A DNA stretch of 48,548 nt from positions 1-48,548 of the forward strand of contig JAFWNS010000016.1 in the NCBI GenBank assembly GCA_017510225.1, written 5' to 3'. The stretch's first letter is position 1. Every line of letters begins with the position of its first letter. Under the pieces are notes generated by a model. That model was not told the DNA's origin, did no database searches, and saw only the letters and a program-made list of their open reading frames with translations. This DNA comes from Bacilli bacterium (GTDB lineage Bacteria > Bacillota_I > Bacilli_A > RF39 > UBA660). The translations under genes and the position numbers were made by a program. Positions 8,694 through 16,720 of this stretch are shown here, piece after piece.

Positions 8694-10181
8694 CTACATT
8701 CTTCTTCCGCTTGTTATTTCAAAATCATCAGTATCATCATTTTCTTCAGCAAGCATACCCTCTAATTCAGAACCAGATTCTGGTTGATTAGGATTTATAT
8801 GAACTTCTTCATCATCATACTCTTCACTATCATATTCATTATCATATTCTTCACTGTCATATTCATCATCATAAGGTATTTCATCATCTTCAAACATTTC
8901 AGGTTTTTCTGTTAAATATTCTCTATAAGTTTGCTCAAATCTATCAATTAATGTATGTGAATATCTATTTCTTAATTCGTCACCTTTTTCTCCATGAAGA
9001 TCATTAATAACTTGTTTGAATTCTTCTGGTGGTAACATCCAAATCATTGCTTGAACATCTACTGCATCATCAAGATCTACCCAAGATGATCTAACCCATC
9101 CTGATAATTTCTTAACTGTATTCTTAACTAAAGATACTCCTGCAGTAAGAACATTGAATCCAAATACTCCTTCTTTTAAATCTTTATGGAATTCTTTACC
9201 TAATTTAATATTTCTAGCTTTATATTTTTTATCTGATTTTTTATCTATTGGTACAATTCTCTTCATTTGATCTAATATTTCTTCTGTTGATCTAATCTCT
9301 CTTCTTTCTTCTTGTTCATTTTGTTCGTTTGGAGTATTGTCATTCTCATTCTCAACTTCATCTTCATTCTCATTATTATTTTCGCTTCCATATTGATCTT
9401 CTGCTTCTATCTGATTTATTTTTTCTTGATCTTGCTTGATTTCTTCATTTATTTTTTCATATTCAGCTTCCAATCTAGCTCTTTCTTCTTCTGGTGTTTC
9501 TTCTTCATCTTCACTATTAGATGAATCCCCAGAATCTGATGTAGATGAATTTTCTACTGCTTCTTTATTCTTTTCTTCTTCATCTTCTTCTACTTCTTCA
9601 TTATCTGCTGAATCATTATTATCTTCATCTGTAGAATTATCACCAGGAGTTTCTACAACTTCTTCTTTATTATCATTTTCTTTTGCTTTTTCTTCTTCTT
9701 TTTCATTTTCTATTTCTGTTTGATCTTCTTTTTTGTTTTCTAATTCAGCCATAATACTTTCAGGAACTATTTTATTTATTTCATCTAATAGTTCTTGTTG
9801 ATACTTTTTGCAGCCTTCAATTATATTAGCATAATCTTCTTTTAAATAGTCAGTTGGAGCATTTTCTTTTTCTTTTTTATATTCTTCTATCTTTTTATTA
9901 TATTCTTCTATTATATTAAATTTATCTTCAACTTCTTTTTGTATTTTCTTAGCATTTTCTATATCATTATTTATTTCATCACTAACATCATACAAATGAC
10001 TATTTTGTATTATTTCACTACTAACGTAGTCTCCTCCTACTTCACGCTCACCAACTTCATTATCATTAGGTCTATTTGCAATTATTTCATCATTAGCTGC
10101 AATTTGATCCTCAATTTTCTTTAATGATTCTTCCAAATTAGCTATATAATTATCGAATTCTTGATTATAATCTTCTAACAT
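8694..10181 (-). CDS. Very acidic coiled-coil orphan (495 aa), paralog of 10525..13179
   Basis: Shared block KIEEY...ENAPT..LK..Y...IE..KKYQ.ELL..IN...PES.MA; RBS GGAGTG; upstream TGATATAAT. Confidence 0.85.
   Translation of the reverse strand: MLEDYNQEFDNYIANLEESLKKIEDQIAANDEIIANRPNDNEVGEREVGGDYVSSEIIQNSHLYDVSDEINNDIENAKKIQKEVEDKFNIIEEYNKKIEEYKKEKENAPTDYLKEDYANIIEGCKKYQQELLDEINKIVPESIMAELENKKEDQTEIENEKEEEKAKENDNKEEVVETPGDNSTDEDNNDSADNEEVEEDEEEKNKEAVENSSTSDSGDSSNSEDEEETPEEERARLEAEYEKINEEIKQDQEKINQIEAEDQYGSENNNENEDEVENENDNTPNEQNEQEERREIRSTEEILDQMKRIVPIDKKSDKKYKARNIKLGKEFHKDLKEGVFGFNVLTAGVSLVKNTVKKLSGWVRSSWVDLDDAVDVQAMIWMLPPEEFKQVINDLHGEKGDELRNRYSHTLIDRFEQTYREYLTEKPEMFEDDEIPYDDEYDSEEYDNEYDSEEYDDEEVHINPNQPESGSELEGMLAEENDDTDDFEITSGRRM
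8814..8867. repeat. 2 x 27-bp tandem repeat encoding (D/N)EYDSEEYD
   Basis: ATCATACTCTTCACTATCATATTCATT / ATCATATTCTTCACTGTCATATTCATC. Confidence 0.8.
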
Positions 10182-10231
10182 TTTATCACTCCATTTGTCA
10201 ATTTTTTATATTATATCACATTTGATATATT

Positions 10232-10510
10232 TTAACCATATTTTTCTTGTATTTGACTTACAATATCTTTTACAAGTTCCATTTCTTTTGGATCAGTTAT
10301 ATCTTCGAACTTTTCAGGTCCAAATAATGGATCATATTTTGATACATATATATTTAATTCTCCATTAGGACCAGTTGTATTATCAGTATAACCAATAATA
10401 GGTTTATCTACGTCTCCTCCATCATATGTAAATAATAAATCACATACAGTAGGTTTTCCATCAATTATAAGTTCTAATTTTTCATCTTGAATATCTTCAA
10501 ATTCACTCAT
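10232..10510 (-). CDS. DUF1292 (YrzB-like) small acidic protein
   Basis: DG....CD.LFT......K..IGYTD.....G..NIY.S.YD......I....EM.LV pattern; RBS GGAGG. Confidence 0.8.
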   Translation of the reverse strand: MSEFEDIQDEKLELIIDGKPTVCDLLFTYDGGDVDKPIIGYTDNTTGPNGELNIYVSKYDPLFGPEKFEDITDPKEMELVKDIVSQIQEKYG

Positions 10511-10524
10511 ATATATCCTCCTAA

Positions 10525-13179
10525 TTACATAGCTGCTTGATATTCATAGTCATCAGTCTTTTCATCATCTTCATCAAGCATAGTATTCATTTCTTTTTTC
10601 TTCTCTCGTTCTGCTTTTTTTCTAGCAGATTCTTCTAGTATATTTTCAAGGTCTCCATTAGTAACTGCTATAATACTCTCTAACTCTTCTCTTTCTTCTT
10701 CTGTTAAATCTTCTATGTTTTTACCTTTCGTTATTTCTTGAACCCTTCTATTATTATCTCCCATCACAGTTGCATTTAAGAATGCCATAATTGTAGGAAA
10801 AATAACAGGTTGTATATCAGGTGCTGCTGTAAGTAAAGTTTGAATCTCTGGAATTTTAGCAACTGTAGTTTCTGTTAATTGTGTACCAATTTTATATACT
10901 GATCTAAAACTACTAACCATATCACTCATGAATGAAGTCGGATTATTTACAATGTCCTGTAACACTTGTATTTGTGGATCATAGTCAAATCGTCCTTTAT
11001 AGAATTTATCAGCTCTCATAAATTTTGTTATAATATCTGGTATTTGTGATGTAATAGTTTTTGTTGTTTGATCTACAATATGTTGTACGTGGCCAAATAT
11101 GCCATCTGCTGGAAGATTCTTAGAATAGTTTGTTATACCGTGATTTATTCTGTATAGTGTTTCAACAGTATCATGAGCTCCTCCAGGACCAGTATCTGCT
11201 AGTCTATATCCTGAACTACCTATTGGGTTCTTAGGATCAAATGCATTACCATACTCAACTACACCCTGATGATTTACATTATCATATTGTAATTGTTGTT
11301 CTACTTTAGGAGCTAATTTGTTTGGATCAGTAATATTTTGTATTTGTCCTCCTTGAGCTCTAACGTTTTTAGCAACAGCTTCATTATATTGATTACCAGC
11401 ATTTATATCGTGATTTCCTCTATTTATTTCACCTTTTTGTGCAATGTATTCTGATTCAACTCGTTTTGCTTCCATCATATTACTTACATTTTGGTAAATA
11501 GATACACCAATAGCTACTTCTGTACCTATTGCCATAAAGTATCTAAGTAGTGGATCATTTCTGAAATCTAACATTTCTGGCATAACTTTATACTTATAAC
11601 TTCCAGATTCTGCCATTCCAAAAATTGTTCTTTTCTGTTTAGTATTCTCTTGTTTATACATTTCATTTTCAACGAAAACTTTGATAGCTCCTAAATCATC
11701 GCCTGCATCAATGGCTTTATTTAGTTTTTTGATTTTTGCTTCCATTTCGTTATTAAACTCATCAACAGCAGCATCTTTTAAATTAGTTCTTTTACTAAAT
11801 ATTTTTCCTTGTTGATTTTGCTGAGATTTTATTGCTTTAGAAATTTCAGCTAATGAATGCATGCCATCTCCATGCATATTCCTATCTAATTGTCTTCTGT
11901 CCTCCAATAGTTTTTTTACTTTTTCTGTTGCTCCTTCAGACAATTCTTTTATTTCTGCTTCTATTTGTTTACGTTCCTGTGGGTCTTTTGTTTCTTCTAA
12001 TTTTACTTTTAAATCTTCTATTTTATCATATCTACCTATTATATCAGTATATAAGGATGAAATTTCTAATCTAAGTGGAGCGTTTTTCTTCTTTTCTATA
12101 TATTCTGATAACTTCTGCATTACTAATGGCATAATCGGCTGAAAAGACCTCATGCTATTTGCTTCTGAACCAGTTAACTCCTTATATAAAATTTCCATTT
12201 CTTCATCACTTAAATTATCTAGTTTTTTTGCTATTTCATCATATGTTTTTGCATCAGATGGATGAAAAATTCTTAGAAATTTGTTAATTCCTTTATATGC
12301 AATACTTCCAGCAGTAAATAAAAGTCCAGCTCCTACTCCTGCAACATTATATATAGTATTGTGATGCGATATTAAATCCTTCATAGTATTAGTAACACTC
12401 AAACGTGATTTTTCAACAACATTAGATCGTGTAATAGTGAAATCATATGGTTTTCCATCTTCATCTCTTATTACAGAATTTAGAATTTCATAAGCTGATT
12501 TTCTAACTTTCTTTGCATTAGTTTCAATGTTTTCGTTTTGTTCTGGAGTTACTTTTATTGGTCTTGGTTGTTTTTCAATTTTTACTTCTTCTTCTTTAGG
12601 TTCTTTTACTTCAACACCTAATTCTTTTAATCTATCTTCTATTTCTTTCTTTCTTTTTTCTTTTTCTTCTATACTTCTCTTTAATCTTTCTCTTTCTGGT
12701 TCTTCCTTTACTTCTTCTTTATTTTCTTCTTTTCTATCTTCTTCTACTTTGTTTTCATCTGTTTCTTTTTCATTATTATCTTCTTTGTTTCCTTCTAATC
12801 TTTCATTAATAGCAGCCATTACACTTTCAGGCATTTTTCCATTTATTCTATTTAATAATTCTTTTTGATACTTCTTAAAATCTTCTATTAATTGACCATA
12901 ACCATTTTTTAGATGCTCTGTCGGAGCATTTTCCATACGTTTAGTATAATCTTCTATTTTTCTATTATACTTTTCTATTTCTGCGAAAATATCCCTTATT
13001 TCTTGTTCACTTGCTCTTAGATTTTCTATTTCTTGTCTAAGCGCTTCTGCCTCATTTTCTAACCATTTATTATGGTCTAAATCATCAGATATAGCATTAT
13101 TTGGATTTTCATACTCTTCCAATCTTGCTTCTAATTCTTCTATATACTTTTCTAATTCTTCCGTATATATTCCTAACAT
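10525..13179 (-). CDS. Large orphan coiled-coil protein (884 aa) with internal hydrophobic segments
   Basis: Long ORF starting 2 nt after the upstream DUF1292 stop; no signal peptide; homologous to 8694..10181. Confidence 0.85.
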   Translation of the reverse strand: MLGIYTEELEKYIEELEARLEEYENPNNAISDDLDHNKWLENEAEALRQEIENLRASEQEIRDIFAEIEKYNRKIEDYTKRMENAPTEHLKNGYGQLIEDFKKYQKELLNRINGKMPESVMAAINERLEGNKEDNNEKETDENKVEEDRKEENKEEVKEEPERERLKRSIEEKEKRKKEIEDRLKELGVEVKEPKEEEVKIEKQPRPIKVTPEQNENIETNAKKVRKSAYEILNSVIRDEDGKPYDFTITRSNVVEKSRLSVTNTMKDLISHHNTIYNVAGVGAGLLFTAGSIAYKGINKFLRIFHPSDAKTYDEIAKKLDNLSDEEMEILYKELTGSEANSMRSFQPIMPLVMQKLSEYIEKKKNAPLRLEISSLYTDIIGRYDKIEDLKVKLEETKDPQERKQIEAEIKELSEGATEKVKKLLEDRRQLDRNMHGDGMHSLAEISKAIKSQQNQQGKIFSKRTNLKDAAVDEFNNEMEAKIKKLNKAIDAGDDLGAIKVFVENEMYKQENTKQKRTIFGMAESGSYKYKVMPEMLDFRNDPLLRYFMAIGTEVAIGVSIYQNVSNMMEAKRVESEYIAQKGEINRGNHDINAGNQYNEAVAKNVRAQGGQIQNITDPNKLAPKVEQQLQYDNVNHQGVVEYGNAFDPKNPIGSSGYRLADTGPGGAHDTVETLYRINHGITNYSKNLPADGIFGHVQHIVDQTTKTITSQIPDIITKFMRADKFYKGRFDYDPQIQVLQDIVNNPTSFMSDMVSSFRSVYKIGTQLTETTVAKIPEIQTLLTAAPDIQPVIFPTIMAFLNATVMGDNNRRVQEITKGKNIEDLTEEEREELESIIAVTNGDLENILEESARKKAEREKKKEMNTMLDEDDEKTDDYEYQAAM

Positions 13180-13181
13180 AA

Positions 13182-13466
13182 TTATTCTCCTAACTGAACT
13201 GCTTCATCAATTTGTTCTAATACTTCTTGAACTAATTTCATCTCTTCTTCTGTCTTAATATTTTCTAATTGATCATTATCTTTTGATCTATCATATGAAC
13301 CTACATATATATTTTTTCTACCATTAGATCCAAATGATCCATCACTATAACCAACATATAATTTATTAGTATCATCACCCTCAAAAGTAAATAATACATC
13401 GCATTCTACTTCTTTACCATCTTTAATTATTGTAATTTTTTCATCTTTATCCAAAAATTCCATCAA
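13182..13466 (-). CDS. DUF1292 (YrzB-like) small acidic protein
   Basis: DGKEVECDVLFTFE.DDTNK.YV.YSD...NIYV..YD...LENI.TEEEMKLVQEVL; RBS AAGGAGG. Confidence 0.85.
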   Translation of the reverse strand: MMEFLDKDEKITIIKDGKEVECDVLFTFEGDDTNKLYVGYSDGSFGSNGRKNIYVGSYDRSKDNDQLENIKTEEEMKLVQEVLEQIDEAVQLGE

Positions 13467-13525
13467 TAATTCCTCCTTTATTATCCTATATATATTTTAC
13501 CTAATTACTTATTTATATTCAACTA

Positions 13526-13984
13526 TTAACTGTCAATATTTACATCAATATTTACATTGTTTACATCTTTTGTCTTTATATGTAATTTATATAATGTATT
13601 TTCTTTCTTTTTACCAGCAACTTTTAATTTAACTTCATTCTTACTATTTAATAAATTCTTTTTATCTTTTTCCTTAAATAATTCTAATTTAGTATCATCA
13701 TTACATATAAATCCCATTTTATATTTAACATCTTTTTTAGCGACTTTTTTATTTCTATAATTAATTATTCTAATAACATAATACATTTCATTATTCTTTA
13801 GCTTTTTAGCTTCTACTCTAAAGTCTATATTTAATTTATCTTTTTCTATTGGTACAACAATATCTGCTTTTTCTTTAGTTTTACTACTTACTTTTAAACT
13901 TATTAATTTAATTACTAATCCTAATACTAATATTAATAATAATATAAATATTACTAATAAAACTTTCTTTGGTATCTTTTTCAT
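13526..13984 (-). CDS. Membrane-anchored Lys-rich beta-type protein, unknown function
   Basis: N-terminal basic plus hydrophobic helix; RBS GGAGG. Confidence 0.75.
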   Translation of the reverse strand: MKKIPKKVLLVIFILLLILVLGLVIKLISLKVSSKTKEKADIVVPIEKDKLNIDFRVEAKKLKNNEMYYVIRIINYRNKKVAKKDVKYKMGFICNDDTKLELFKEKDKKNLLNSKNEVKLKVAGKKKENTLYKLHIKTKDVNNVNIDVNIDS

Positions 13985-13992
13985 ATATCCTC

Positions 13993-15312
13993 CTACTTAA
14001 TTACCTTATCTATAATATCTTTTATTTTATTCTCTATTTGTTTTTTATTCTCTTTAGGTAAACTACTAGCTAATTTAGATTCTGATACATCGACTCTTAT
14101 CTTCTTAGCTTTAACTATTGTATTATTAAAATTAATAAGTATATTATAAATTCCTGTATTATCTTTTTCTCCATTAAGAGATATATTTATATTCTTTTTA
14201 TATTTTTTCTTATTTACTTTATGTTTACTAATATTTATAGAAACAGTATTTTTTAAACCTCTATCTTTTATGTAAAATACTATCTTCTTTTTATTTTTCT
14301 TTCTAGATAAACTGAAATTACCTATCTTAGTATCTTTTTTATTATAAATATTAATATTTAATCTTTTTTCTTTATTAGAAATATCTCCTCTAAATCTTAT
14401 ATTATTATTTCTATATAATTTAAATTCATTATCTTTATATATTAATTTATATTTATTATACTTGATTTCATACTTATTAGGACTATAAGTAAATCTATCT
14501 GTATATATAGTTATATATAGTTTTTTATCTTTCTTTAAAAAGTTAATATCTTTTACTTTCTTTTTAAAGAAATCTCTATCAAAACCCTTTATTATTTCTT
14601 TAGCTTTTTTATCCTCTTTTAAATCATCTAATGTATCTTTATAAGTTTCATTTAATCTTTTATTATCTAATACTAAAGTTATCTTAGTATAGTTATTATT
14701 CTCTTGCTTAGAAAAATATTTATCATCTAAGTTCTTTATAAAATATTTATTGAAAGTATCTTTTAAATATATTAAATTATTAGTTTCTTTAGTATCACTA
14801 TTTAATGTTTCAAAATATGTATTATTACCATTATTTATATAAGTATCAGTTATATCATTTATATAATAATACTCTGTATTATCTTTTATTAAATATTTAC
14901 CTGTTATTAAATCTTTCTTATTAACAGTACTATTATAATCTATATATAATTCTTTGTTTTTTCTATTAGAAGTGTAATTTATATTAGCTTTTGTATTATT
15001 ATAATTAGTTATTAAATTAGTTATAATTTCATAGTATTTATTATTATATTTTTTATTATCTTCTATCTTACCTGTTGTATTAATACTTAAATTAGATACA
15101 AGAGTAAAATTTTTAAATTCTGATTCAAGTTCTTCTATATTAGAAAATGAACTAGTTAAATTATTGATTGATTCTAAAAATATTCTTTTGGAATTACTTA
15201 AATATAATAGATAAGTACCTAATAATATTACTATAATACTAATTACTATTAATATTTCTATAATCCTTCTATTAATTGGTTTTTTCTTTTTCTTCTTAGC
15301 CATAATTTTCAC
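13993..15312 (-). CDS. Membrane-anchored Lys/Asn-rich protein, unknown function (likely start ATG 15303)
   Basis: Poly-Lys N-terminus then TM helix; beta-rich extracellular region. Confidence 0.75.
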   Translation of the reverse strand: MKIMAKKKKKKPINRRIIEILIVISIIVILLGTYLLYLSNSKRIFLESINNLTSSFSNIEELESEFKNFTLVSNLSINTTGKIEDNKKYNNKYYEIITNLITNYNNTKANINYTSNRKNKELYIDYNSTVNKKDLITGKYLIKDNTEYYYINDITDTYINNGNNTYFETLNSDTKETNNLIYLKDTFNKYFIKNLDDKYFSKQENNNYTKITLVLDNKRLNETYKDTLDDLKEDKKAKEIIKGFDRDFFKKKVKDINFLKKDKKLYITIYTDRFTYSPNKYEIKYNKYKLIYKDNEFKLYRNNNIRFRGDISNKEKRLNINIYNKKDTKIGNFSLSRKKNKKKIVFYIKDRGLKNTVSINISKHKVNKKKYKKNINISLNGEKDNTGIYNILINFNNTIVKAKKIRVDVSESKLASSLPKENKKQIENKIKDIIDKVIK

Positions 15313-15367
15313 TCCTATTATATATACTAAATTATATCAAAAAAAAAGAGATTTGTCGATTATCTCT

Positions 15368-15871
15368 TTAATTAATATTGGATGTTAAAATAGTTATTTG
15401 ATATATAAAATCTTTAGATAAAATATTCTTATTTGGAGATAGAACATTAAGTTCTAATTCTATTTCATCTCCTGGTTCTATTACTTCTCCTACAATGTCA
15501 TTATATTTTATAGTTACAAGATCTTTTGAGTAATTAGTTCTTTCGATAATATTATCTATTTGAGCAGATAAACTACCAGTATTTTTTATAACTATTATAT
15601 AAGATACTGAGTCTTTATTATTCTTTAGATTTAATGAAAACTTAGCCGTTTTCTTATTATCAGTTATTTCAGAGTTGGTTGTAATATGTTTATTAGAACC
15701 ATTAATAACATTACCTTTTATTATTTTAGTAATATTTACTTCATATTTTTCTTTTGTTTTCTTTACAGAATTATATCTCATAGATAAATATATAAAACCT
15801 ATACCTACAAATACTATAGTTATACTTAAAAGTAATATTATAGTTGTTTCTAGTTTTATTTTTTCTCTCAT
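15368..15871 (-). CDS. Membrane-anchored Ig-like beta-sandwich protein
   Basis: Start MREKIK after RBS GAGGGG; TM helix; Y.IVIKNTG...A.I and IEPGD.I.L.L.V motifs. Confidence 0.7.
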   Translation of the reverse strand: MREKIKLETTIILLLSITIVFVGIGFIYLSMRYNSVKKTKEKYEVNITKIIKGNVINGSNKHITTNSEITDNKKTAKFSLNLKNNKDSVSYIIVIKNTGSLSAQIDNIIERTNYSKDLVTIKYNDIVGEVIEPGDEIELELNVLSPNKNILSKDFIYQITILTSNIN

Positions 15872-15872
15872 A

Positions 15873-16709
15873 TTAACACTTCCCCTCTTTAGAACTATTA
15901 TTTTGATAACAGAATGAATATATATCTTTATCAATAGTAAATTTTATATATGCATAAACTTTACTATCTTTTATGTAATACCAGCTATCAGAATCAGGAT
16001 ATAAATTATTATAAGCAGGTATATCACTTATTTTAATATTATTACCATTAATATCTTGATTAACTATATTATTAGATTTTTGATATTTAAGTAATTTATT
16101 ATATATATTATCTGCATATTCTTTTATCTTTTCTTTAGATAATTTTACAGTTTTTTTAGATTTTTTGTTTTTATTATTCAATATATCTTGTGAGTATATA
16201 CTTAAATTTATTAGTATTCTACTTTCTTTAGTATCTTTAAATTTAAATTCTTTACCTTTTGTTTTTAATTTACTTTTCTTTATATTTATTTTTATATTAT
16301 TATTTTTCTTTATAATCTTTTTAGTGCTTTTTACTAATTTATACTTATCATAGATAATAATATTTAAAGACTTAGAAATAGGTTTAGTTTTATTAAATTC
16401 TTTTATAGTATTTTTAAGTACTACTTTATAATTTTTGTTTTTATATTTTATATTACCTATAAATGTAGATTTATCATTTAGACATAATGTAGTTAATACT
16501 TTGTTTTTATCATCTACTACGATAGCAAAGTCTTCTCCACTATCATAGTTAAATTCTATCATAGTTTTATAGTTTTTATATTGTGCAATATTTTCTAATC
16601 CATGTTTTTTTAATTCTTTTGGTAATTCTTTACTTAGTTTATAGCCGCAAAAACCTATAATAATTAGAATTATTACTAATATTTTTAATCCTTCTTTATG
16701 TTTCTTCAT
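15873..16709 (-). CDS. Membrane-anchored protein with weak similarity to the RsgI-type extracellular domain
   Basis: TM helix; FAIVVD.KNKV....CLN.. resembles the RsgI juxtamembrane domain; weak. Confidence 0.55.
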   Translation of the reverse strand: MKKHKEGLKILVIILIIIGFCGYKLSKELPKELKKHGLENIAQYKNYKTMIEFNYDSGEDFAIVVDDKNKVLTTLCLNDKSTFIGNIKYKNKNYKVVLKNTIKEFNKTKPISKSLNIIIYDKYKLVKSTKKIIKKNNNIKINIKKSKLKTKGKEFKFKDTKESRILINLSIYSQDILNNKNKKSKKTVKLSKEKIKEYADNIYNKLLKYQKSNNIVNQDINGNNIKISDIPAYNNLYPDSDSWYYIKDSKVYAYIKFTIDKDIYSFCYQNNSSKEGKC

Positions 16710-16720
16710 ATAAAATACCT

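Noticed and set aside
9312-12868. Plus-strand Ser/Phe/Leu-rich ORFs (9312, 9436, 9939, 11853, 11861, 12527)
   Set aside because: Antisense shadows of Glu/Lys-rich minus-strand genes; no convincing RBS or domains
7984-13466. Prophage or ICE origin for the orphan cluster
   Set aside because: No integrase, structural, relaxase or att-like features recognised
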